From Candidatus Magasanikiibacteriota bacterium (lineage in GTDB: Bacteria; Patescibacteriota; Patescibacteriia; Magasanikbacterales; GWA2-37-8), in NCBI GenBank assembly GCA_030650025.1, contig JAUSEN010000025.1:66601-114002 (forward strand): a DNA stretch of 47,402 nt, given 5' to 3'. Numbering within the stretch: the first letter of the stretch is position 1; each line of letters starts with the position of its first letter. The notes beneath the pieces are model-generated. The model did no database searches and had not been told where the DNA came from. It worked only from the letters and a program-made list of their open reading frames with translations. Made by a program: the position numbers and the translations under genes. Of this stretch, positions 19,901 through 28,333 are shown in pieces.

Positions 19901-21745
19901 TTATTTTGCAGGGGTGAGGCTGGCGTGCTTGGCGCGAATTACCGGGTCAAAACGCACGGCTTCGGCCTGATTTACCCCTAATTCACTATCACACTTTGGG
20001 CACCAATCCCACTCGCCGGTTAAATAACCATGCTTAGGGCAAATGGAAAACGTGGGAGTAATGGTAATGTAGGGCAAACGGAACCGCGATAAGATAGATT
20101 TAACTAATTGGCGGCAGGCCTCCCCGCTCTCGATACGTTCGTTGAGATAGCAGTGGAACACCGTGCCGCCGGTGTATTTGGTTTGCAAATTGTCTTGCAG
20201 TTCCAGCGCGGCAAACACATCGTCCGTAAAACCAACCGGGATTTGCGATGAATTAGTATAATACGGAGCCGCGAGAGTGCCAGCCTGTAAAATTCCCGGG
20301 AAGCGGCGTTGGTCAGATTTGGCAAAACGGTAGGTGGTGCCCTCGGCGGGCGTGGCTTCTAAATTATATAAATTACCAGTAGCTTCTTGATACTGTTTTA
20401 AACGCTCTCTCATAAAATCTAATACTTCACCCGCAAATTTTTGCCCAAACGGCGTAGTAATATTTTCTTTATCATCGGTGAAATTACGAATCGCTTCGTT
20501 GAGGCCGTTAATGCCAATTGTAGAAAAGTGGTTGCGTAAATAACCAAGATAACGCTTAGTGAACGGAAATAAGCCGCGGTCAATCCACTTATGAATTTCC
20601 TTACGTTTAATCTCAAGGCTGGTTTTAGCAAGTTCCATCAAATGCCCAATACGCTGATAGAAGGCGACGACATCGCCTTTATGTTGATACCCGATCCGAG
20701 CCGAGTTGAGCGTTACTACCCCGATTGAACCGGTCATTTCGGCCGAGCCAAATAGACCACCACCGCGCTTACGCAATTCTGTTAAATCGAGCTGGAGGCG
20801 GCAGCACATACTGCGCACATCCCCTGGCAATAAATCTGAATTGATAAAATTTTGGAAGTAGGGCGTGCCGTATTTAGCAGTCATCTCAAAAAGCGGCAGA
20901 TTTTTGGGGTCTTCCCATTTAAAATCTTTTGTTACATTATAAGTGGGAATGGGAAAGGTAAACGTCCGGCCCTTGGAATCCCCTTTGGTCATGACGGCTA
21001 TGAAAGCGCGGTTAATAATGTCCATCTCGGGCTCTAGCTGACCATACGTATACTCGAATTCTTTACCGCCTAAAATTAAACGCTCGTCTTTTAAATCAGC
21101 GGGGCAATCCCAATCCAGCGTTATATTGGTAAACGGCGTTTGCGTGCCCCAGCGCGAGGGAATGTTAAGATTAAAAACAAAAGACTGTATATTTTGATAA
21201 ACATAGTCATACACTTTCTGATTAATATATTTTTCTTTCGTCTCCTCACTTAAAAACGAAATGCCGTTGTCGTCTATATCAGCTTTCAGTTCCAGCTCGT
21301 ATTTTTTTACAAATGGCGCGAGATAAGTGTCGAAGCTCGAGAAGGCCTGAGCGCCGGCCCACTCGTTTTGCAGGGTTCCCAAAAAATTTACCATCTGGGC
21401 GACAGCCGACGAGAGGTGTTTGGGCGGGCCAGATTCGATTTTGTTGGGAATGCCATTAAAGCCTTCTTCAAGCAGAGCGCGCAAGCTCCACCCAGCGCAG
21501 TAGCCCGCAAACATATCGAGGTCGTGGATATAAAAATCCGCGTGGCGATGCGCGTCACCAATGCTCTTAGGGTACACTTGCTCCAGCCAATAGTTGGCCG
21601 TGAGCTTGCCTGAACTATTAAGAATAAGCCCACCAATCGAATACCCGATGTTCGCGTTGGCATTAACGCGCCAGTCCACTTGATAAAGATACTCGGCGAT
21701 AGTTTGTTGGACTTCTACTACAAATTGACTATTATTTAAGGACAT
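19901..21745 (-). CDS. nrdD: Anaerobic (class III) ribonucleoside-triphosphate reductase, catalytic subunit; no ATP cone, no glycyl loop
   Basis: YIHDLD, QNEWAGAQA, FTFPIPTYN, RSMCCRL, EATPAEG, CPKHG...CPKC. Confidence 0.95.
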   Translation of the reverse strand: MSLNNSQFVVEVQQTIAEYLYQVDWRVNANANIGYSIGGLILNSSGKLTANYWLEQVYPKSIGDAHRHADFYIHDLDMFAGYCAGWSLRALLEEGFNGIPNKIESGPPKHLSSAVAQMVNFLGTLQNEWAGAQAFSSFDTYLAPFVKKYELELKADIDDNGISFLSEETKEKYINQKVYDYVYQNIQSFVFNLNIPSRWGTQTPFTNITLDWDCPADLKDERLILGGKEFEYTYGQLEPEMDIINRAFIAVMTKGDSKGRTFTFPIPTYNVTKDFKWEDPKNLPLFEMTAKYGTPYFQNFINSDLLPGDVRSMCCRLQLDLTELRKRGGGLFGSAEMTGSIGVVTLNSARIGYQHKGDVVAFYQRIGHLMELAKTSLEIKRKEIHKWIDRGLFPFTKRYLGYLRNHFSTIGINGLNEAIRNFTDDKENITTPFGQKFAGEVLDFMRERLKQYQEATGNLYNLEATPAEGTTYRFAKSDQRRFPGILQAGTLAAPYYTNSSQIPVGFTDDVFAALELQDNLQTKYTGGTVFHCYLNERIESGEACRQLVKSILSRFRLPYITITPTFSICPKHGYLTGEWDWCPKCDSELGVNQAEAVRFDPVIRAKHASLTPAK

Positions 21746-21757
21746 AGGCTGTTATTT

Positions 21758-21798
21758 AAAAATAAAAAACTCACTAGGAAGTGAGCTTCGTGAGCTTC
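21758..21798 (-). promoter_or_regulatory. Tandem repeat plus terminator-like hairpin (candidate attenuator) between the com-like gene and nrdD
   Basis: mRNA sense GAAGCUCAC-GAAGCUCAC-UUCCUA-GUGAGUUUUUUAUUUUU. Confidence 0.65.
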
Positions 21799-21815
21799 AG
21801 TAAAATTTAATAAAA

Positions 21816-22031
21816 TTATTTAGTGGCCATTGCTAACTGCTTTTTGGCCGGAGCCACCCGATGCGGGCAGGGCAGGATGGCGCAAAGCATGGCGTTAAAT
21901 TGCGACTGCTTTATGGTAGTGAAAGCGTGGCAAGACTTGCACTTTACTTCTACTTCGCCTTCGGCTAGCCAGCCGCGAAATAAAAGTTTTTTACAGCCGC
22001 TACAGCGGTATTCTTTATAAACAATGCCCAT
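21816..22031 (-). CDS. Mu Com-like zinc-finger protein
   Basis: YRCSGCKKLLF...VEVKCKSC pattern; first gene of the nrdD transcript. Confidence 0.8.
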   Translation of the reverse strand: MGIVYKEYRCSGCKKLLFRGWLAEGEVEVKCKSCHAFTTIKQSQFNAMLCAILPCPHRVAPAKKQLAMATK

Positions 22032-22048
22032 AGGGCCAAGCGGTTAAG

Positions 22049-22096
22049 ACACTATATGTAGTGTTAATTTTTAATTTATAACACAATATATAGTTG
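22049..22096. promoter_or_regulatory. Tandem NrdR boxes
   Basis: ACACTATATGTAGTGT (22049-22064) and ACACAATATATAGTTG (22081-22096), starts 32 bp apart, matching acaCwAtATaTwGtgt. Confidence 0.88.
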
Positions 22097-22105
22097 TACG
22101 CAAAT

Positions 22106-22140
22106 ATTATACCACACTTCCACCAATTAAGTTATCCACA
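22106..22140 (-). promoter_or_regulatory. Extended -10 promoter (TGGTATAAT) of the com-nrdD operon with upstream DnaA box
   Basis: ATTATACCA at 22106-22114; TTATCCACA at 22132-22140. Confidence 0.7.
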
Positions 22141-22236
22141 GGAGAAAGTTTAAAATTATAATAAATAATTTTGAATTTTTTTGTTGACTTTTTTGCCAGG
22201 ACACGGTTAAATGCCCTGGTTACCAAGGAGGATTAA

Positions 22237-22425
22237 TTGATGCGAACGCGACTGGAAGACGGATACTGGTGGTGCGACTTGTGCGGGGACTGGAACGACC
22301 CTGTACAGCCGCAGACTGACGCTCGTGGCAACGTGCAGTGCGCGTGCTGCGACGCCTACAACGGGGAGAGTGTCGCAACGATGCCTACCCCAAAACTGGC
22401 CGCACCCGCGGCGGCCACGGCCTAA
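22237..22425 (+). CDS. Small GC-rich Cys-rich (zinc-finger-like) protein
   Basis: AAGGAGG SD; CDLC...CACC; promoter-like TTGACT upstream. Confidence 0.6.
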   Translation: MMRTRLEDGYWWCDLCGDWNDPVQPQTDARGNVQCACCDAYNGESVATMPTPKLAAPAAATA

Positions 22426-22558
22426 AGGAGGGCCAAGCGCGTAGCCGAGCTCCGCCCGATTAAGGACGGGCAGAGGCGCGCCAACCCCGCTCGCGCCATC
22501 TGCTCTGCTGTTTAAAAGTAAACAACAGAGCAGAGGAAAAAATTTAGCGAGCGGGGTT

Positions 22559-23338
22559 TTAGTTTGGGGATTTCAGAACTTCGGCATTAACGGGCTTTTT
22601 ACCGTCAAAAGGCTCGGAGAGGTTCCATAAGAAGTTAAAAATAGATCTGAATGTCGAGGCTATCTCCTCGCTCTCGATAACGACCGCGAAGAGTTCTTTT
22701 TTAATTGCTAAAATTGCCACGCGGTTGTCATAAACCGCGCCGTCTGTAAAAAAATCGACTTCTTTAGGAATAAGCCGGCTCTCATAATTGCGGCCGGTGG
22801 CGGCCGAAGCAAAATCAATATCTTGCGGATCGTTGGTAATAAGATCGCGCACATGGTTATCCTGGCTTCTAATAATTTTGATTAATTTTTCAGTAAGCCC
22901 ACTGAATTCGGAAGAAAGATTTTTGATGGAACCGAAAAAATCCGCGGCCGAGCTTTCGTAAATTTCGTCATAGACTTGCCTAATCCCTCCCTTGCCTTCA
23001 TAAATTTTTATTTTCGGCCTAATTTTGGAACTGCCCATTAAGGCCTTAATGGTTGGCAGAACTTCGACGAGGGCTTCTTCTTTTTCTTTGAGAGAATTTA
23101 TAAGGGTTTCGGGGCGCTCGGCGCTGAAATATAATTTTTTGTTTTTAAAAGTCTTGACTACATAATTACGCGCGTAGAGTTGACCTAAAATAACATAGGT
23201 GGTGGGACGTTTGAGGCGGGCACGCTTGGCAATGGCTTGAACTTTTTCCATGCCGAGCTCTAAAAGCGCCAAATATACGCGCGCTTCTTTTTCTTCTAAA
23301 CCAAATTTTTCGAGAGCCACTTCGATGAGATTAGGCAT
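22559..23338 (-). CDS. TrmB-family transcriptional regulator
   Basis: GLEEKEARVYLALLELG...RPTTYVIL wHTH, KIKIYEGK.GI, YDNRVAI. Confidence 0.9.
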   Translation of the reverse strand: MPNLIEVALEKFGLEEKEARVYLALLELGMEKVQAIAKRARLKRPTTYVILGQLYARNYVVKTFKNKKLYFSAERPETLINSLKEKEEALVEVLPTIKALMGSSKIRPKIKIYEGKGGIRQVYDEIYESSAADFFGSIKNLSSEFSGLTEKLIKIIRSQDNHVRDLITNDPQDIDFASAATGRNYESRLIPKEVDFFTDGAVYDNRVAILAIKKELFAVVIESEEIASTFRSIFNFLWNLSEPFDGKKPVNAEVLKSPN

Positions 23339-23368
23339 AAAATAGGGGTAAAAAAAATAGTTATCCAC

Positions 23369-23406
23369 AGTCCTTCGCTCGCCTTATGCGAGCTTCGGAC
23401 TGCAAG
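23369..23406. repeat. CCTTCG...CTWCGG-family palindromic element, intergenic
   Basis: AGTCCTTCGCTCGC-cttat-GCGAGCTTCGGACTGCAAG; same layout as the dnaE inserts. Confidence 0.65.
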
Positions 23407-23641
23407 CAATTTTTCGAAAAAAATTAAGGGTTTTGTCAAGAACAGACAACACAATTACTATAGCATTAGTCTGTCAAAATTTCAATATGTTAATTATATA
23501 CAGTTTTATACTATTTGTCAATGATTTTGACAACAATTTTTTTAGAGTTAATTTTTATGCTAAATTTAGGTAAAAAAATGGCATTTTTTCTCTATTTAAT
23601 CATTGACAAAAGCTAGACGTATAGTAACATATAAATATAAT

Positions 23642-23653
23642 TGTTCTTTGACA
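23642..23653 (+). promoter_or_regulatory. boxA-like sequence
   Basis: TGTTCTTTGACA vs boxA TGCTCTTTAACA, just downstream of a TTGACA(23603) promoter. Confidence 0.5.
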
Positions 23654-23744
23654 TAAAACCTAATGTGGCCAAGGGATCGTTGCAGTTTGCCAGCAACGAC
23701 CCCTTGACCACTAATGGTCACATACAGGGGAGAAAGGCAAAAAA

Positions 23745-24890
23745 ATGCTCTTCAAACTCGTTCGGTTGCTCGGCATGCTCGCGCTGTACGGATTGGTGGT
23801 GTTCCAGGTCGGTTCGGCGGCCATCGGCCTTCTGAACCAGCCCAGGACCACGTCGGTCCTCGCGGGCGTGTTCCTGCTCGTCGGCATCGTCGGTTCGTTC
23901 ATCGCCATCGTCCCCGCCGTGCTCCGGTACGGCCAGAGCGCCTTCAAGGCGTACAAAAAGGAGATCGACATGACCCGCTTCAATTCGTTCCTGCTGTTCC
24001 TCGTGGCCACGAGCGTGCTCGGCACGAGTGGCTGCATCGGCTGCACTCGCATCGATGCCGGGCACGTCGGCATCGTGGTCAACCTCGCGGGCGACCAGCG
24101 CGGCGTGCAGGACCTGCCCACACAGACCGGCTGGGTGACGTACAACCCGATCGGCACCTCGGTGTTCGAGTACCCCACCTTCGTGCAGACGGCGGTGTGG
24201 ACCAAGAGCCTGACGGAGGGAAACCCCACCAACGAGGAGATCACGTTCACGAACGCGGACCAGATGCAGTTCGCGGCCGACATCTCGCTCGCCTACCAGC
24301 TCCAGCCGGAAAAAGTCCCCGCCTTCTACGTCAAGTTCCGCTCGGATGACCTCGCCAAGTTCACCCACGGCTTCCTCCGTAACCTCGCGCGCGAGAAGTT
24401 CGACAACGTCGGCGGCAAATACAAGACTGAGCAGATCATGGGCGACAACGCGCCCTTCCTCGCGGAAGTGCGCAAGGCGCTCCAGGACGAGCTCGACCCG
24501 ATCGGCGTGCACATCGAACAGTTCGGTTTTATCGGTGCACCCCGCCCGCCGCAGAACGTGATCGACTCGATCAACGCCAAGAACGCGGCCATGCAGAAGG
24601 CGATGCAGGTCGAGGGCGAACTGCGCCAGACCAAGGCTGAAGCCGAAAAGCATATCGCGGCGGCCGAAGGCCAGGCCAAGGCGGAAGTTGCCAAGGCCAA
24701 GGGTGACGCCGAAGCGCGGCGAATCAAGGCCGATGCCGAGGCCTATGCCAACCAGGTGGTGGCGCGTTCCATCACGCCACTGGTCATCGAGTACTGGCGT
24801 ACCCAGAAGTGGAACGGGCAGATGCCGCAGGTGACCAGTGGCAACAACTCTGGCCTTCTGTATCAGCTCCCGAGCCCCTCCAGCAAGTAA
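23745..24890 (+). CDS. SPFH/band 7/prohibitin-domain membrane protein, strongly GC-rich
   Basis: RIDAGHVGIVV, coiled-coil AEAE/AKGDAEA repeats, KWNGQMP; internal SD plus ATG at 23970. Confidence 0.9.
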   Translation: MLFKLVRLLGMLALYGLVVFQVGSAAIGLLNQPRTTSVLAGVFLLVGIVGSFIAIVPAVLRYGQSAFKAYKKEIDMTRFNSFLLFLVATSVLGTSGCIGCTRIDAGHVGIVVNLAGDQRGVQDLPTQTGWVTYNPIGTSVFEYPTFVQTAVWTKSLTEGNPTNEEITFTNADQMQFAADISLAYQLQPEKVPAFYVKFRSDDLAKFTHGFLRNLAREKFDNVGGKYKTEQIMGDNAPFLAEVRKALQDELDPIGVHIEQFGFIGAPRPPQNVIDSINAKNAAMQKAMQVEGELRQTKAEAEKHIAAAEGQAKAEVAKAKGDAEARRIKADAEAYANQVVARSITPLVIEYWRTQKWNGQMPQVTSGNNSGLLYQLPSPSSK

Positions 24891-25156
24891 CTCACCTATC
24901 CCCTAGCCTTGTCATCGGCTTCCAATAGATGCACTCGTGCGCCGGACACGTTCAAAATCCGGCACCTATCTGTGATTGCAATTAGAGATTACGGCCTTAA
25001 ATTTTAGGGCCAAAATAGGAGGCCGCTTCCTGCAGAGGCGGCCTTCCCAAAAAACACAAAAATTGTCCCCCTCGACAAAGGCTCGGGGCAATTTTTGGCT
25101 TTGCGATTTATCTAGAATAAGCTATAATAATCAAGCAAAAATAATTGCTTCAAATT

Positions 25157-27472
25157 ATGCGCGAACATAGCAGAATTGGGTGGCTAGGCAAAATGCTGGC
25201 AATATCCGCGGGCATGTTTTTGGCGGATAAAGCGCAGGCGGACAAACCCGAGAACCCGGACGTAAAAATTGAACATAAATTAACCGCGCCACCCCGACTA
25301 AGCCGGGGTGATATGCCAGCGATTGTGCCCAGTGAACTGGCTAACTTGGATGAGGCGCAAAGAAAATTGATGGCCGAGCAAGTTTTGGCGGCGCTCAAAA
25401 AAATTCTGGCTAGTACTGACCGCGGCCGGGTAGAAGCTTTAACAGAAGCGGAGAGAAGCCAAGTTTATAAACCAATTTTTGAAACCGGCCGGCTTAATGC
25501 GAATGCAATGAGGAATGCTCTGCTCCGAATGGCCCCTCTTTTAAACCCCGAACAAATAAAAAGTTTAGAATTACAACACGGCAAGCTAGCGGCGGAGCCT
25601 TTTAATACTCAAACGCCGAGTTACGCTGAAGTGGAGGCGTGGATAAAGGCGAGAAGCGCGACTGTAGCCGGGCGCAACGAGCTTTATACTCTGTATAGAA
25701 CACTGGAGAGTGCTTTACGCCAAAGCACACCTGCGGCGGGAGCCGAAGAGGCAGAACCAGCGCTCAAGACTGCGCCGGAACCGGAAACCGCACCAACGCC
25801 AGCCACAACAGAGGAGCCAACAGCAGAAACTCCGGCAACCGAACCAAACCAAATCAGACTAAACCCGGACGGAACTTATAATTTAGGCCAGGGAATGAAA
25901 TTGAAACTTGAACTACCGCGGTTTGATATTTCACCAGTGGTGCCGACCGCGCCCCAAGTGGAACCACCGGCCGAGGCAGCTCCCGAGGCAATTAAACCGG
26001 CGAAAAAGGTCAAAAAAATAGAGGCGCGGGAAGCACGGGTGCCTAACCCCAGCGAAGGAATGTTTCACTCGGCAGTGCGCAAACATACCGCGGACGGCCA
26101 GCCGGCTTTTTATTTTAGTTTTGATGACGGGCCGCACCCGAGCCAAACAAAAATAATTTTAGACGAATGCCTAAGGCAAGGCGTGAAAGCGACATTTTTT
26201 TTAACAGGCGAGAGTATTAGAACTTATGGAAGGCTGGGTTTAATAGAGCGCATGCGCGCTGAAGGGCACGCGATTGGCTTACATTCTGACAAGCACGCCG
26301 ATATGCGGGTGCAGGCTAAAAATATGACGCCAGAGCAAGCCTTTGCCGAAAATATTTTAAAACCCACCGCCGAACTGGCAAAACTCGGGATTGTCCCGGA
26401 CAAAATTTTTCGCCCGCCTTATGGTGAAATTACACCCGAACAATTTGCCTATTTTACCGCGCAAGGATACTACGTTGTGGGCTGGGACAATGACGCCGCG
26501 GAATATAAATTTCCGACCACGGAAAAAATTGTCAGGGTGATTACGGCCGGGGCGCGCCCTGGTTCGTTTACCCTCCTTCACGATGGCGGAGGCAAACACC
26601 CGAATACCGTGGCCGCCTTCCCGCAAATTGTTCGTGATTTACAAGCCCAAGGCTATAGCTTTGAGACTGTGCCGTTTGGCTTAAACCTTGCTAACGCCGG
26701 AGGCGCCGCGGCAGAGAGAGGAGAAGCCACGGATACTGTAACTGCGGCTACGGCAGTAGTGCCAGAAGCCGCGGAAAGCAGAGGTCGGGGTGAGAGAGCG
26801 GCAGTAGCGAGAGATGAGATAGATGAGACACCCGATGGCGGAGCGCGCGAATTGCCACCGGGCGCTTTTGGGCTCGACCAATGGGGCCAGCCGTATGCTT
26901 GGCCGATGATGGCGCATAAATTTTTAGAAAAAGATACTGATTTAGAAAAATTAGATTTATGCGAGCCGTTTGAGGGGCGCGACACTAGCGGTAAAACTAT
27001 AGCCGGGCTTAGGCTCACCAAAGAAGCCCGCCAAGCGATGCAGGCGCTCGAAGCGGAGTTTGCCGCTGAACAAAATCCGGAATTGCAAGCGATCGGCGGA
27101 ATTTTTGCAACCGAAGCCGGCCGCACTATTGCGTACCACAAAGGAAAATTATGGAAGGATTTAGTGGAGAGGTACGGCGAAGAAACAGCGCGGAAAGTAA
27201 CCGTGGAACCGGGATTTAGCGAGCATCACACTTTTAACGCCATAGATTTTAACCAAGCTAACCGCTTGGTGGTTTACAATTTCTTCATGAACCCGGAGAA
27301 GGCGTTACGTGATAAAAATTTTGTTCCCAGAATTATTCGCTTGGGTTTTATTCCCACCGCGCGCGGTGAACCATGGCACTGGCGTTTTGTTGGCACAGAA
27401 AAAGCCAAAGAATTTTACCAAAAATACCGCGTTGAAATTATTAAAACCCACACGAGGCTACTCCGTAAATAA
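25157..27472 (+). CDS. Secreted NodB-type polysaccharide deacetylase fused to a VanY/M15B D,D-carboxypeptidase domain
   Basis: Signal-like N terminus (AQA); FSFDDGP, ATFF, HSDKH, FRPPYG, LLHD; PGFSEHH...AIDF, EPWHWRFVG. Confidence 0.85.
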   Translation: MREHSRIGWLGKMLAISAGMFLADKAQADKPENPDVKIEHKLTAPPRLSRGDMPAIVPSELANLDEAQRKLMAEQVLAALKKILASTDRGRVEALTEAERSQVYKPIFETGRLNANAMRNALLRMAPLLNPEQIKSLELQHGKLAAEPFNTQTPSYAEVEAWIKARSATVAGRNELYTLYRTLESALRQSTPAAGAEEAEPALKTAPEPETAPTPATTEEPTAETPATEPNQIRLNPDGTYNLGQGMKLKLELPRFDISPVVPTAPQVEPPAEAAPEAIKPAKKVKKIEAREARVPNPSEGMFHSAVRKHTADGQPAFYFSFDDGPHPSQTKIILDECLRQGVKATFFLTGESIRTYGRLGLIERMRAEGHAIGLHSDKHADMRVQAKNMTPEQAFAENILKPTAELAKLGIVPDKIFRPPYGEITPEQFAYFTAQGYYVVGWDNDAAEYKFPTTEKIVRVITAGARPGSFTLLHDGGGKHPNTVAAFPQIVRDLQAQGYSFETVPFGLNLANAGGAAAERGEATDTVTAATAVVPEAAESRGRGERAAVARDEIDETPDGGARELPPGAFGLDQWGQPYAWPMMAHKFLEKDTDLEKLDLCEPFEGRDTSGKTIAGLRLTKEARQAMQALEAEFAAEQNPELQAIGGIFATEAGRTIAYHKGKLWKDLVERYGEETARKVTVEPGFSEHHTFNAIDFNQANRLVVYNFFMNPEKALRDKNFVPRIIRLGFIPTARGEPWHWRFVGTEKAKEFYQKYRVEIIKTHTRLLRK

Positions 27473-27505
27473 TGGGCTTTGGCTATGCCTCGCCGGCAGG
27501 CTGGC

Positions 27506-27534
27506 TTGACTAGGAAGCAATTTTTTTATATTAT
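27506..27534 (+). promoter_or_regulatory. sigma70-type promoter of the tRNA
   Basis: TTGACT-17 nt-TATTAT. Confidence 0.65.
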
Positions 27535-27555
27535 TAAAGCGGTTTTTTGTTTTTA

Positions 27556-27629
27556 GTCAGGGTAGCTCAGCTGGTTAGAGCACGGCATTCATAACGCCGA
27601 GGTCGAGGGTTCGACCCCCTCCCCTGACA
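27556..27629 (+). tRNA. tRNA with CAT anticodon (elongator Met or Ile2), CCA not encoded
   Basis: GTCAGGG/CCCTGAC acceptor, TAGCTCAGCTGGTTAGAGC D arm, TTCATAA loop, GGTTCGACCC T arm. Confidence 0.93.
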
Positions 27630-27800
27630 CATGGGTTAGAAGTTTTTTGTTAACGACCAAAATTTACGAGTTCGCACGAAGTAAATTTTGAGTCAGTTAA
27701 CAATCCGCCTCTGGCGGATGCGAATTCGGGACTGGGGATTTGAACGCTACACGTTTAGATCCCCCGGCCTGAATTTTACCGACCCGGGGAGGAGGACACA

Positions 27801-28076
27801 GTGTCCAACATCGACGCGTATCGCGAAGCCAAGGAGGCGCTCATCAAGCGCCTGGGCAACCCCGATGGGGTCGAGTATTTCGTCAGGATGGCCGAACCCA
27901 GCGACAGGGTGGGCGACCTGCCGATGGTCGTGGTCGCCAAGCGTGGTCGCCAGGAGATCGGACTGGAGGGCTACCGGGCGACCATCACCAGTGCCCTGCC
28001 CGAGCCGGATGGCAACGGCATCATTTCGTCCGCTTCGGCCCCGCCGGATCTGCCCGCGAGCTCCACCCGCCCGTAA
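27801..28076 (+). CDS. Small GC-rich hypothetical protein (91 aa)
   Basis: GGAGGAGG SD before GTG; G/C-ending codons; flanking hairpins. Confidence 0.65.
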   Translation: MSNIDAYREAKEALIKRLGNPDGVEYFVRMAEPSDRVGDLPMVVVAKRGRQEIGLEGYRATITSALPEPDGNGIISSASAPPDLPASSTRP

Positions 28077-28333
28077 AGCGGACCAAGGCGGCACGAGCAA
28101 CAGGGGGATGACAGCAGAAGATCGCTACCAGACCCTGATGCCTACAAAAATTGCAGGTATCAGGGTGGCGATCTTTTTAAAAAACTTAAAAACCTCTGCC
28201 TATGGGCGGTGGTTTTTTATTAGCAGCTTATAACAAGATAATTGGCCAAACTCCTAGACGCTAAACGAATTTCTGTTATAATTGATAGACTCCTGTTTTA
28301 AATAATTTTAGATTGTCAGGACCAACTTAAATT

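Noticed and set aside
23711-24727. Long overlapping ORFs on other frames of the SPFH gene
   Set aside because: Expected shadows of high-GC codon bias; no motifs or start signals.
27556-28330. Prophage or integrative element at the tRNA
   Set aside because: No integrase and no duplicated tRNA 3' end seen.
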